A stretch of 64,000 bases of DNA from the human T2T-CHM13v2.0 reference genome, Homo sapiens (GCF_009914755.1 NC_060930.1); one strand, 5' to 3'. Counted from the first letter of the stretch, positions 1 through 13,314 are shown. A program made the numbers and translations. The notes: generated by a model not told the origin, from the letters alone.

Positions 1-1413
1 GGTCTGAGCAAAGGAGGAAAGGACATGTGGGTGGCCCAAGGGAGGGGCTGGGCTCTGGGGCTCGGAGGCTCTGACACTGTCCGCCAGGGTTCCCAGGTGC
101 TATTGCCAGCCCATCTGGAGCTGGGAGTGGAGTCCTGTTCACCTCTGCTTCCTTTTGCTCTGCCAGGCTGCAGAAGTGGGGAGTAGCCTGGAGCCTCAGC
201 CATCAGTCAGTGCTGCCCCACTTCCCGCCGCCCCGCTGCCCCCTCCACCAGGTGGAGGCCCCCAAGCAGCTTCAGCTGTACAATTAAAGGGGCTTATCCG
301 AGATTTATAGCAGGATTATGCCCACGGGGTGTTACCAACGGCAGCCTCTGGACACTCTGTAGTCCTTAGGAAAAGCAATTAGAGTCCTGAGGCCATGAGG
401 GTATAAATATACAGACGCCATCACCCAAGGTCTCGGGCACTGGTGAGCTGTGTAGAGGCAGGGCCTTGGGAGAGACCAGGGGCAGGGCAGACGGGCCCTC
501 TCTGCAGGAGGTGGGTCTGCCAGGAGGGAGAAGGGCCTCCCCACTTCCCCCACACACAACAGGGCCCCGAGGAAGTCACAGGCACCATCCTTCAGCCCCA
601 CAGCCCCCCAGGAGCTGTCCCCTCTTGGCTCACCCCAGCCCAGGTGGAGGCCCCCAGCCTAGGGCTGCCTGCTGCCCCAAGATGCCCACAGCTGCAGCCC
701 ATGCAGCCAGCCCTCTCAGGGCACCAGCAGCAGCACAGACCCAGCCAGGGGCCTGCTCCCGGGCCCTGCTAGGTGGGAGTCACCTGCCAAGGGGATAACC
801 CTTGTTATCGCTCAGCCACTTATCACTGGGGACACCTGAAAGCTTTATCACAGAGCATCTGAGGACAGCAATTTAAGGCAATTCAGCACGCTTAATGGGG
901 GAAGATGGCATCAGGGTACGAGGGGGAGACCTCGAGGAGAATAAATACTTGCCAGAGTTCCTCAAACCCCACCCACAGGGACACCTTCTTTACTGATGCC
1001 CAAACCAGCACAGACCACCCGCGGCCCTCCACCCTCACCCCCACCACAAACAGGTTAATTTTAGGGGCTCCAAATTCCTCATTCCTCTGAGAGCCTGCCT
1101 GGCTGTCCGCCCATCACCTGAGTCCCTGACAGCCCTCTAAACAAGGCCCCTCGTCGCCCCCCCATCCCTTCCTCTGCTGTGAGGAGAGCGGCCGCCCCGC
1201 AGGCTCCTGCACCAGGGAGGTCAACAGTCCCCTCATCTGCACACCCACGTCTGCAAAGGCCTCACAGTCGCCGTTGACCGGAGTCACCCAGAGCCCAGTG
1301 AGGCCATGGACCAAACCACAGTGCTCAAAGAAGAGGCCGAGGCCCACCTGGCAACAGCCAGGCAGTCAGAGCCTGTATCAGGCCCCGGCTGGGAGCTCCT
1401 GGTGGGTCAGTCA

Positions 1414-2151
<738 letters not shown>

Positions 2152-2969
2152 TCAGCCTCCTTCCTCGTGCCCTGCTCAGAGGAGATGGAGCCTCGATTCC
2201 AGCTCCCCTGTCCCCCACTCCAACCCCAAGGATGGAAGCCCAGGAAGCTAGTGGGGTGGGCTTCAGGAATTCCCTTCTCTCTGGAGCTGGGGACACTGAG
2301 CCCAGAGAGTCACCACCCTGCCGGGTCCCACAGCCTCTCCAAGGCAGAGCCGACCCGGGGCCCTGCCCCAGCCCCGGGGCTTTCCAGTCACGGGGCATCT
2401 TCCCGCCTCCACAGGCCCCACCTGGACCCTCCCCAGGCAGGAATGAGACTCAGACCCCCTGCCTCCTGTAGATACACCCAACCATCCCCAGGACAGGGAA
2501 GGGGTATGGTCCCTCCTCTCCGCCCCTCCCCTCCAGGGCGCCACCCACTGCTCTGCTCTCCCGGCTGCTCAGGGCTTGTGGGCTCCACTCCCCGCTTGGC
2601 CCACAGGGACACTCCTCTTTCCTGTGTGCCCTCTGCCCGCTCAGTTGTCCAGGGAGACAGGGGTGGGGAATGCATATTGATCCAGGCTGGCGTCGAAACT
2701 AAGATTTTATGCCCCTAAGGAATCACTCAGATTCAATCCTGGCCAAGAAACCTGTGGCCAGACTTCAGGCCCAGTGGCAACTGTGGGTGGGGAAATGTTC
2801 CTGGGACAGGAGGGTTGGGGGTGCCCCTGGCAAGTGGTTGCCCACTTGGCCAAAGCCTAGTGTGTCCCTATCCCTGGGGCCACCCCCCAGACCAGTCAGC
2901 TCCCCTTCCTCAGGACAGGGCAGAGGTTCTGCCGACCTAGAAGCCCCACCTCAATATCCCGACATTCAA

Positions 2970-3130
2970 CTCTATTCACTTCAACAAAGACTTTATTGAG
3001 CACCTATGATGTCCTAAGTGCTGAGGACAGCAGTGAATAAAACACTCACGGAGCTTCCTTCTGGTGGGAGGAGAGGAGCAAGCAAGCTAACAAGTGACCG
3101 GGACCATTCTCCACAGCGATGAGGCCTCAC
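2970..3130 (-). mobile_element. L2 3'-end fragment
   Basis: attcacttcaacaaagactttattgagcacctatgatgtcc matches the reverse complement of the L2 terminus. Confidence 0.7.
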
Positions 3131-3519
3131 AGAGTGGCATAAGGGGGTGGGACATCGGGGTGGCAGGTGGTGTATGGGTGGCCTAGCAAGGGGTCTGTGT
3201 GGCTGGAGCAGAGCAGGATGGGGAGAGTCAATGCATAGTAGGTCCCACAGCCTCTTAATAAAGGGACAAATGACAATAAGGAAGTTGACTGGGGACAGTG
3301 AGGGTCCACCCTCCCCTGAGAACGTCCATTGCCAAAAGCATGGCCCAGCTCGGCCACCCAGCTGGCCCGCTCTCCGCCTCCCCTGTGGGAAAAGCCCAAA
3401 CCACTGAGACCTTCACGGGTGAGGATGTGGTTAGGGCAAACAGTTAACTGGTTTTTTGGATTTTCTAAGCAACCAAGGGTTAACTCCCAAACCCCCTCAC
3501 TGCAGCTCTTGTAGTCTTT

Positions 3520-3930
3520 ATAAAATGGCATGTACTACATTATCCACTGGCACTGTTTGTAACAGTAAAAGTTTGGAAACGACCCACATGTCCATCAAGA
3601 GGGGATTGTTTAAAGAAGTTCCAGCCAGATGAGGAATATTACACAGCTGTGAAAAGGAATGAGGCTGATTTCCAGGCACTGCTCTGGGTGGGTCTCCAAG
3701 ATATTCTGGGGTAAAAACAACAGCAATAAGGAGGCAACATGCAGGTGGAAGCTGTTTACTGTGTGAAAGGGGAGGTGCATACTTGCTGCTCTGAAACAAA
3801 ACATGTGCATTGCCTCAGGGGAGGAAAGCAAGTGGCCGAGACAGGATATGGCAGGGACCTTTCACCTTCTACCCTTTGTAGGTTTCCAATGTAGAACCAT
3901 GCACGTCTTCCACCCATTTGGAAAGCAAAC
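3520..3930 (+). mobile_element. Ancient L1M fragment (ORF2 end / 3' UTR)
   Basis: gtttgtaacagtaaaagtttggaaacgacccacatgtccatcaagagggga resembles the L1M ORF2 3' end. Confidence 0.7.
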
Positions 3931-4974
3931 CACACTCGACTATACTGGAATCTATGTGTCCCCTCACCTGCTCTGTCAGCAGTGACTGAAAACTAGCCCA
4001 GTCCTCTCTGCCTTGGAGAACACTTGGCATAAAAACAGCACCCTCTAAAATGTGAGCTCGGATTGGATATTTATTAATTCACTTTAAGGTTGTTATTTTT
4101 GAGGTCTGAAAATGGTATTAGAGTCATGGCTGGTTTGTTTTTAGGAAGTCTTGTGTTTTAGAGCAGTTTCTCAGCCTTTGCACTCTTCACACTGTGCAGG
4201 GGAGGTTAGTTCTTTGCTGGGGGGAGGTCCCTGAGAGACAAGTGTTTTGTTTACCTCTCTTGCTGGCCTCTGCTGGGCCCTAGCCAGGAGCGATCATCAC
4301 CTGCCTGCCTCCACGCCCCTCCTGATCAGAAGCTTGTCCCTACTTCTGGTGTTTCCTCCCACCAGTCCTTGATTCCCGGCAGGGGTTGAGGGCTCAACCC
4401 GGGCCACACAGCCGGCGGCAAATGGAAACAGAGGCCCCCCCAAGATGAAGTGGCTCCTTCTCACTCATCCCTATTCCTCCTTCCAAGCTCCTTTCCAGGC
4501 CCAGGTGGTGCTCAGCACAGGTGGTGAGCAGTGGATGGACGGATGGATGTCCGGGCATCCCCTGTGGGGCCAGACTCGTTAGAAGCCTTCAGACCCTGGC
4601 CCAAATCCAGAGTGGGGCCCTGGCACACTGGCCCTGGCCCACGGCACACACTGCATTCTCCCAGAGGGTGGGGGGCCAAGCATGTGCTCCTGCAGGATAT
4701 GCGCGTCAGCCTGCAGGAGAGCCCCGGACCCCTGATTTCAAGAGCGCAGGAGGGGCCCCTGACCTTCCCCCAATAATTCCTGAGACACTAGAACAAGGAC
4801 CCAACTTTGAGATGCGGGTGAGGGAATCACAGGCTCCTGAACAGGATCCCGGGGATAAGCCAGCCTCCTGCGATGTGTCCACCTGCCAGCCTCTCCTGTC
4901 TGCTCTCCCCGCAGCCTCCCTCCTCAGCTCCAGCCCCACCCACACTTCCTAGGGAGACAGTTTCAAGCAGACTT

Positions 4975-5190
4975 TGGGGAGCTATACTGCTTAAGTTCAA
5001 ATCCCAGCTCCACCTCTCACCAGCTGAAAAAAAACTTGGGCAAGTTACTTCACCTCCCCGGCCTCAGTTTCTTCAGCTGCACAATGGGAATAATTACAAT
5101 AGCTGTCTCCTAAGGCTGTGAGGGTCACATGAGGGAATTCAAGCAAAGCACTCAGAACAGCGCCTGGCAGGCGGTAAGCACTAAGGGTCA
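4975..5190 (+). mobile_element. MIR
   Basis: gttcaaatcccagctccacc...ttgggcaagttacttcacctc...cctcagtttc core. Confidence 0.85.
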
Positions 5191-6502
5191 GCTCTTAGGG
5201 GAGCTGCCATTCCTCCCGCTAAACCTCCTCTGGCAGCAATCGCCTTCTCTTGCCTCTCTCTGACTTTACCTCCTAGGACTCTCCCTCTCTGCCGGCCCCC
5301 TCCCATCACACACTCTCTCCATGGTCTCGTTGTTGTCATTGTCATTGTCACAGGGACATCCTGGGAATGCTATTGGGCTCTCCAAGGCTCTCTTGCCCCA
5401 CCCTGGAGTGGAGGGATCGGGGGCAGGAGGTGCCAGGGGCCGCCACAGGTGGGCAGGGAGCCACGTCTGCGTCTAAGCAGGTGACTGTGACAACCTGGCC
5501 CATGTGGGGCTCTGACGTCTCTTCAACTCCCACTGTCTGCGCAGCCCAGCCCGAGCAGGAGGGGGACGTGCAATTTACATTCTCTGAGGAGAATGCTCCT
5601 CTCCTCTCCCAACAGCAGCAGCAGGAGGGGAGGGAGGGAATGGTGCCCGCCCTGGTGCCAGCTGCTCCATCCCTCTGCCTCCTTTGCTTCCCTCACCCAA
5701 CACATTGAGCACCTACTGTACACTGGACACTGTTCCAGGTGCTGGGGACACAGCACCTTGTGTCACACCCTCATGGGGCAAGAGTCAGAACTCAGATTCC
5801 AGCAGCCCCTGACCAAGCACAGGCGTCCTGCTCTAGGTCCCTCTGTCCCTTTCTCCTTCCTCTTTGTCTATTTTCCTCTGTCCCCAGAGTCCATGACCTC
5901 ATCTCCCACATCCAAATCCCCCTTCTCATCAAGGCCCAACTCAAATGTCACCTCCTCCAGGCAGCCCTCCCTGAGCCCTCATCCTCCAGAGGGGGCCTAG
6001 CCTCCCACAGCACTGAATGCGGCTGCCCCAAGGGCACCAGGCACGTCCTCCCGGTGTTACTATTCTCTGCCTACTCATCAATTCAACAGGCCCTCCAAGC
6101 ACCCCACCTTGTGCAGGCAAGGCCACGTGGAGAGATGCAGAGTTGAACTAGACTGATCCCACCCCAAACACTAGTCAATACCCACTGCGTTCTGGGAGAC
6201 ATCAGCAGAGACAGCAGAAAGTGTTTGTGCAAAAAGTGCTCCACTGTCTGGGCCCCCCGAAGAGGGGTAGGTTGTATGGCCCCCTGGAGTGACACGCAGT
6301 GTGCCTGCAGCCACCACCCAGGAGAGCCTCAGCTGAGGTAAGGGGTGAGTGACTGAGGGGTGGAAGGATGCATGAATAAACCTCTCTCCCTCTCCCTCTG
6401 TCTCTGGCTTCTAGAGTGACAAGGAGATCCATGCCACATGGGGAAAGACAAAAGCTGCTTCCGGACTTAAGCAACAATGAAGATGGATTCCAAGTACATC
6501 TG

Positions 6503-6570
6503 AGTGTGTGTGTGTGTGTGTCTGTGTGAGTGTGTGCATGCACGTGGGCACACGGGCTAGAGCGTGTGTC
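6503..6570. repeat. (TG)n microsatellite, imperfect
   Basis: Direct inspection. Confidence 0.9.
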
Positions 6571-6917
6571 CTTGAGCACATGGGTGCCCCGCACATTCAT
6601 TCATTTATTCCTCCTACAAAGAGGCATGGAACACCCACGGCCTCCAGGCATAGTTCTGAGGGCTGGGGATGGACTATGAACAACTGCCGTCAGCGGGCTC
6701 CAATCTAGATGGAGGCAGGTCATGCAGAGGTGCATCATAAGCTTCTGAGTCTGTTAGATGGGGATGAGGAGCCAGGAGGAAAAAGAAAGGAAAGGAACAG
6801 GGGAGTGTTGCAGAGTGGCCAGAGAGACCTCTTTTACAGTCTGTGTGAAGACCCCAGCAGGGAGGGGTATTTGAGGCCAAGGTGTTCCAGGCCCAGGGAG
6901 CAGCCAGTGCAAAGGCC

Positions 6918-7060
6918 ATGTGTGCATGTCTGTGTGTGTGTGTGAACATGTATGCATGCCTGTGTGTGTGTGTGAGCATGGTGCATGCCTGTGTTTGTGT
7001 GAGCATGTGTGCATGCCTGTGTGTGTGCGCGCATGTGTGTATCCAGGCACACATGTGTGC
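6918..7060. repeat. Compound (TG)n/CATG alternating purine-pyrimidine repeat
   Basis: Several degenerate units of catgtgtgcatgcctgtgtgtgtgtgag. Confidence 0.9.
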
Positions 7061-7589
7061 TTAGTGCCTGGATCTGCCCTCAGGCTGCCCCAGGCCCAGC
7101 CAGCAGCCTCACACAACCAGCCCAGGCATGCTGATACCGGCTAGCACACGGGTGGTGACCCAGAACGCCCACAGCTCCAGCTCTGGGTAACTGGTTCCCA
7201 GAACTGCAGAATCTGAAAACCCGCTGAGGGCAGCTGGTCCACATCCCACACCATCCACAGGTGGAACGGGGATGCTGGAGGGCAGGGAATGTGTCCAGCA
7301 TCTCAGTGCCCACCCGGAGCACAGTCCTCAGGGTCTCTGAAGGCTGGAGCTTTGTTCAAGACTGTTCAGCTCAGTCAGGGTTGAAATCCCCACCACGAAC
7401 CCCACAAGTCAAGTGGGCTCAAGTCAAGTGACCAGACATCCAGGGCCATCACCACAGACACTCCAGGGGCTACCTGACAAAGCCCACACTCCTCTTCCTG
7501 TGACCTTTTCTGTTAAAAGCACCTTTGCCTTTCCTCCTCTGCCCTAATGCTTGGCACAGCACGTAAGTGTCCAGCACCCATCGGAGCCG

Positions 7590-7860
7590 CCCTGCCCAGG
7601 GCTGTGTGACCCAGCTTCGCTATCCAACTGTGCAACCTTAGGCAATCAAGTGAACTCTCTGGGCCTCAGTTTCTTCCCCGTAAAGTCGTCACCATCACAA
7701 CAGAGAGGACTGCATCAGCAAATATGCAAAAAGTGCTTAGAACAAGCCAGGTGCATGGGGGCCCTGGGCAAATGCTAGATATTCTTATTAGAGAGAAAGG
7801 CAGGGCTAGGATCACTGTGCCCATTTTGTAGATGAGGAAGCTGAGGCTTGGAGAGATGAT
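7590..7860. mobile_element. Two adjacent MIR fragments in opposite orientation
   Basis: ctctgggcctcagtttc (+) followed by cccattttgtagatgaggaagctgaggct (-). Confidence 0.7.
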
Positions 7861-10274
7861 AGTGTCCTCTGAGTATCTCACCAGGAGATGTCAGAAACAA
7901 GGTGCTGACTGAGCTGCTCCGGCCCATGTTCCCACCCTCCTGGGCATGCCCTCCAGGCCTCCAGCTCTGCCCCACCCTCCTTGCTGACTCTGCTCTTTCT
8001 GTTCCACCCATGGGCCAGGCCAGGCCACCACAGATTGAGGCTGGGATCTTGCAGCCACCTCTGGCCACCAGCCTAGGCCCAGCCAGGACCCAGGCAGACT
8101 TTAAGATCCCCACCTGCCTGGCGCAGCCCCTATCCCCCAGGGAGCAGGGGACCCTGCACGGGGCCAGCACAAGCCCCAGGCTTGGCTGCCTGCTCCTTGC
8201 CCTTCTGATCCTGGCTGCTTCAGGCCCTCCACTGCCGGCTCTCAGCATCAGCTGTTTGCTTCACAGATAAAAGCCAGTGATGCTTTCAGGTAACATGAAA
8301 GCTGTGGCGGACAGGAATGTGTGGTTCAGAGAAAGAGGAGGAGAGTGCTGGCTTCCAAAGGCCTTGCCTGCAACATCCCCCACCCTGACCCCTCAGGGGC
8401 CTGAGCAGTGCAGCCTCCCCCACAGCGCCTTAGCTGCAGAGAGGGGGTGGGGGCTGGGAGGGGGTGCCCAGAGGTGCAAGAGATGGGGTTGCCAGCTGCC
8501 CTTCCCTCCCTCCCTCCCTCTGTGGGCTGGGAGCCGGTCTCACCTGCACCTCCCCAGGGCTCCCCCTCACAGAGCACCTGAGCACCCCTCTGGCCAGGTG
8601 CTGAGGACACAGATTTAAATAACACTCAGATAACCAGCCTAGTTGGGGAGTCAGGCTTGTGGCTGGGAGAACAAAGATTTCCCCCAACCTCCCACGGGCA
8701 AGGGAAGAGCCACAGGGTGAGGGAAACGATGGCAGGGCCTGGGGACCAGGCTGTCTGCGCACAGAGGTCCAGCCACAGGGGCTTCCCAGGCCCCGCCAAG
8801 GAGAGCGGGACTTTCCTGGGAGCCAGGGGAGCTGTGGAGGGAGCCTGAGCAGGGGTACAGGTGGTCAGATGGCCCTCAGCCTGCCCTCAGCCTGCAGGGG
8901 AAGAGTCTGGAGATGCAGGCCCAGAAGTCCAGGAGAAGGTGGTGAGTGCACGGCAGACAGTAGCTGATGTTGCCTGAACCAAGACAGGGGCTTCAGGGTG
9001 GAGGGGAGGTGGGCGGCAGGCACTTAGCGGGAGACTCACGGCATTGGGGATCAATTATATGTGGCCACAGAGAGAGTGGGGACTAGCAGGGGGGTGCAGG
9101 GAGGCAGCAGAGGGAGCAGGGTGGGGCCAGCACATAGAGAGGATGCCAGCAGTCCCCGGCCTTCAGCCCTGACCAGGCCCATCCCTGATGCGCACCGCTG
9201 GGTTCAGGAGCAGAAGGTTAGAGTGACCCAGACAGCTTGGGACAGCCCCACGGAGGCCTCACACACCCACGCCCTCCATGGAGCTGCCCTGTCCCCAGTG
9301 ATCAAAGAACAAGGCCTAGGGGAAATGGCGGGGGGCACCTGGGCAGGGGACTGTGTGGGCACAACTGGGTGGTCTTTGGGAGGAGCAGGATAGGCCCCAG
9401 ATCGGGAGACTGTCTGTCCTTGCCCCAGCGCCTCCTCCAGGGCCACACATTGGGGCCCTTCCCCTTCAATACCGCCTTCCCCAACACCCGCCAGAGCCAT
9501 CTGGGGAGCACCAACCCCTTCGCCACAGACCCTCCGGGAATTCGAATCAGCCCTGCCTAGGCACTCACCTCAGGACTTGACTCCCTCACTAATCAGATCT
9601 ATTCCTCTGCTCTGTGGATTTAGACCAGCTGCCTACTCCTGCCCTGAGCATCTGGTCACTCTGGGGCCTGACCATGTGCCCCTGTCTGGCCCTGGCAGGC
9701 CGGCCTGTGCTCCAGTGCAATTGATCAGCCTGCGAGGGCCCACCTTGGGCCAGCCCAGACTCAGCCTTCTTCCTGGCAGCTGAGAAAGCTGCAGTTGCCA
9801 CCCCAGGGCCCTTGGCCTCCCTTGCTCTGCTCCTCCCCCCGGTCTGGAGATGGACCTCCCCTCTGCCCAGTTCCAGGGTTTCTCTGGCCCTCCTCTGCCC
9901 GTATAACCTATGGCCCCCTTCCTATCACACCGTGATCTGCAGTTTCCCCTCTGTGATGGAGAGTGCATGTCAGAGTGTCCTAGGCTGCAGGCACTACTAT
10001 CAAAGACAGTCGAACTGGCCACGAGGCCCATGGGGTCCCTTTGCCTCAGCTGCTCCTGTGTCCACCAGCCTCCCCCCATACACTCTCCCAGCATCCACTC
10101 ATGCTCCTCCAAAGCTCTGTCAGGCCATTCATTAATTCACTCACTTGACCAGGGTTTACTGAGCACCCACTGAGTGCTCTGCATGATCCCTGCCTTCATG
10201 GAGCTGACATCCGAGTGGGAGAGACAATCAATAGTGAATGAATACACACAGAGCTAATGCTGGGTGCTGGGCAA

Positions 10275-10600
10275 GGGCCATCAGCCAAACATTTCAAGAT
10301 CTCTGCCTTCTTGGGACCACTTGAAAAGTTCTGGACAATGAGCTGAAAGCAGAACATGTCTATCGCTTCTGTCCCACAGCACTGAATTGCAGTCGTGAGA
10401 CCTACAGGGTACACATTTCCTCTGCTACTGTAAGCAATGGGTCCCTGAGCACTGTTCCAGCCCAGCCCGGGTCCCTGAGTAGAGTGCCTAGCCAACCTCC
10501 ATAGACATGTCACACAGCAAGAGTTAAGCTGACGCTATTTTAAGCCACGGAGCTTTGAGGGTTGTTTGTTATGGCAGCATCACCTCACCTATGCTGACAG
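10275..10600 (+). mobile_element. MLT1-family (ERVL-MaLR) LTR fragment
   Basis: 3' end ttttaagccacggagctttgagggttgtttgttatggcagcat is typical of MLT1 LTRs. Confidence 0.65.
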
Positions 10601-10764
10601 ACACAGGGAGCGGTAAACATTAGGCTCCACCTCTGGGAGAGCCAGGAATGACTCTTATTTATTTCCACCTCAAGGGCATGGATGTGTCAAGTTCACACTC
10701 ATCACAGGCTGGTTTGGGCGGAATTGTATTGAATTAGATTCACACACACACATGCAATCCTCAT

Positions 10765-10995
10765 CATCATGAGACCTAACACTTACTGGGTGCTTACTAT
10801 GTGCCAAGAACTGTCCTAAGTAGCTTCATGCACCTTAACACCTTCAATCTTACCATAGCCCTATGAGGTGGGCCCTCTTATTCTCCCCATTTTTCTGAAA
10901 CTGAGGTACAGAGATGTTAAGTCACTTGCCCAAGCTCACACAGCTAGTGAGTGGCTGAGCCAGGATTTGAACTCGAACTAGCTGCAGAGCCCATG
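10765..10995 (-). mobile_element. MIR
   Basis: gtgcttactatgtgccaag...gaaactgaggtacagagatgttaagtcacttgcccaag...ggatttgaac. Confidence 0.85.
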
Positions 10996-11595
10996 CTGCT
11001 GTCAGGTAAAACCTGTCTCCTGCGTACACGGTGGGCCTACACATGCATATGCATTTACACACACACATGCAACATCTACACACACACACTGAGAATCTGA
11101 GGGTGACACTGCAGCCTCTAGTGAGAAGGCCGCCCCCATCCTGTGGGGCAGGATCCTCAGGGCAGCAGCTGGGAGACCAGCCCTGCTTCCTCTCCTTGCT
11201 GAGCCCCCGCCTCCACTCCTGGCTGTCAAACTAAGGGCTGAAGTGGCCCACTCGTCTCCAACACAAAAGATCGGGCAGGAGCCCTGGAAGGTTGTGTAAA
11301 ACGGCTCTGCTTTGAGCAATAGCTAGTTTCTATACATAATTATTAATTTCATGCTTATTATAGGCAAACCTGTCTCCCAGACGAGATGAAATTGATTTAA
11401 TTAGAAATTCCATCATCAAGCCTTTTGCATCTGAACTTTTAATTAGGATCACCAACCCCACACGAGGCTGCCAGAGAGTGATCTCGTGGCCCCTGGCTTC
11501 TCTCCCGGAGGCCAGGGGTATGGCCAGGACGTGTGGACCTCCACTGCCACCTGTGCCCTAGTGGCCAGGTCAGGGCCTCTCACCAGGATCCTTAC

Positions 11596-11694
11596 CTGTC
11601 CTCCACCCCCAAAGCATGGCCCTGAAGTCCTAAGGGTCCTCTTTTTTCTCTTGGCGCCATCATGGGGAAATAGCTTGGGAAGAGTTTGCACCAT
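11596..11694 (-). CDS. GRM4: Candidate alternative first coding exon of GRM4 (33 aa, MVQTLPKLFPHDGAKRKKRTLRTSGPCFGGGGQ)
   Basis: ATG in strong Kozak context (AAGATGG), 99 nt to a strong phase-0 donor CAG|GTAAGG, in frame with the 1686 exon. Resembles an alternative mGluR4 N-terminus I recall from annotation (unverified). Confidence 0.65.
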
Positions 11695-11919
11695 CTTGCA
11701 GCCAGCCGGAAGGACTGGGGCATTTAAGGTGTGCAGGGGACAGGAGCAATAATAGGTCTCCCCACTTCCTGCAAAATTCACACACCAGCCTTCCTTTGGG
11801 AGCCCCTGCCAAGTGCTAATAAAATGCCCTTTACAGCTCAGCTCAGAGCAGTCTGTCAGAATTACACTTGGCATTTTAACAAAGCATTTTCATGCTCAAC
11901 ACCTCTGATCTCATCTCCA

Positions 11920-12340
11920 GCCACTCCCAGCTTGGCCTCACTGACTCGGCTCCAGTCACGCCAGCCTCCTTACTGTGCCTCGAACTCTCCAGGCACACTC
12001 CGCCTCAGGGCCTTTGCACTGGCTGTTCTGCTGCCTGAATGCTCTTCCCCCAGATATGCATGTGGCTCGCTCCCTCTCATCCCTCACTTCAAGACTTTGC
12101 TCAAATGTCTCCTTCTCAGGCAGGCCTTCCCTGACCAATCCCACCTCCCTCCCCTGAACTCCACCTTCACCTCCTCTGCTTTGATTTTCTGCACAATGAT
12201 CACCTACTAACACACTACATTTCCTTACTTATTTCATTTAGTATCCATCTCCCTCTAAAACATCAGCCTGGGGCTTCATGTTATTCCCCCACTGTGTCTT
12301 CAGACACCTGCCACAGGACAGGCATTCATTGAACAAAGGG
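11920..12340 (+). mobile_element. L2 fragment
   Basis: cctcagggcctttgcactggctgttc...gctcaaatgtctccttctcaggcaggccttccctgacc. Confidence 0.8.
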
Positions 12341-13154
12341 GACACCTCATTCCTTCTGCACAGCCCGCCCATGAGACAAGCACCACAGTGCTGAAGCACC
12401 TTCAGCCAGTGAGGAAGCTGAAGCCCAAAGCCTCAGGGCCTTGCCAAGGTCGCAGAGCTGGTCAGCAGCTCCAATTCTCACATGGTCTGACGCTGCGCCT
12501 GGGCAAGCCAGTGGCGTCACTCTGCAGTAAGTGGGCCACCCACGGCAGTGCCCAGCACATAGAAGGTGCTCTGAGGTCTCCTTCCTCCCTCCTGGGTTCA
12601 GGCAGGACCCTCCCTCTGGCATCCCTCACCTCCTGGGGCCTGTCACACCCTGTCCCCCACTGACACCCCAGGAAGCAAACGCTGGGAAGCTGCCCCATGC
12701 CACCTCTGTCTCCCCATCCCCGGGTCCTGCCCAGCCTCTTATCAGGAAAACAAGCGGACACTTGGATTAATTTCCAGGCCCATTCTGAATTACGTTTTCC
12801 AGGAGAGAACCAGACAGACGCAGGCAACAGGCCTTTGGACAAATATTTCCCCAGAAAGCTCTTTATTCAGTCCCTTGTCTCACCCTTTTAAACATTATAT
12901 GTTTTCTTAGGCACCCAGGAAAAAAGAGGGGCCCGATAAGGCCCAGAAGCTGGAGAAGAATAGTGGGTACGGAGGGGAGAGCCTCGGCAGGGCTGACAAA
13001 GGAGGCGGCTCGATGCAGGCTCAGAGGCAGGGCCGCAGATAAGAGCGCCCGAGAGAGCAGGCGGGGGCGGCGGGCGAGGGAGAGCAAACGCGATCCTCAA
13101 ATCAGCACTTGTCCTATTTCATAGGCGAAATGTAGATCAATAAATTATACTCAC

Positions 13155-13274
13155 TTTTGCAGGTTTTACATGCTGACTCAGTAACCTTGTCAACAGTGAT
13201 CTGTGGGGGAGGCCGGGAGGAGCCCAGGCAGGCAGGGCAGAGGCCCAGCAAGGAGCCCCAAGGGGCACAGCCAT
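13155..13274 (-). CDS. GRM4: Candidate alternative first coding exon of GRM4 (40 aa, MAVPLGAPCWASALPAWAPPGLPHRSLLTRLLSQHVKPAK)
   Basis: ATG in GGCATGG context, 120 nt open to a phase-0 donor AAA|GTGAGT, in frame with the 1686 exon. Resembles an alternative N-terminus I recall from annotation (unverified). Confidence 0.65.
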
Positions 13275-13314
13275 GCCCCCTTTTCCAAGGAGGGCTCAAA
13301 GTCCAACTCCCATA

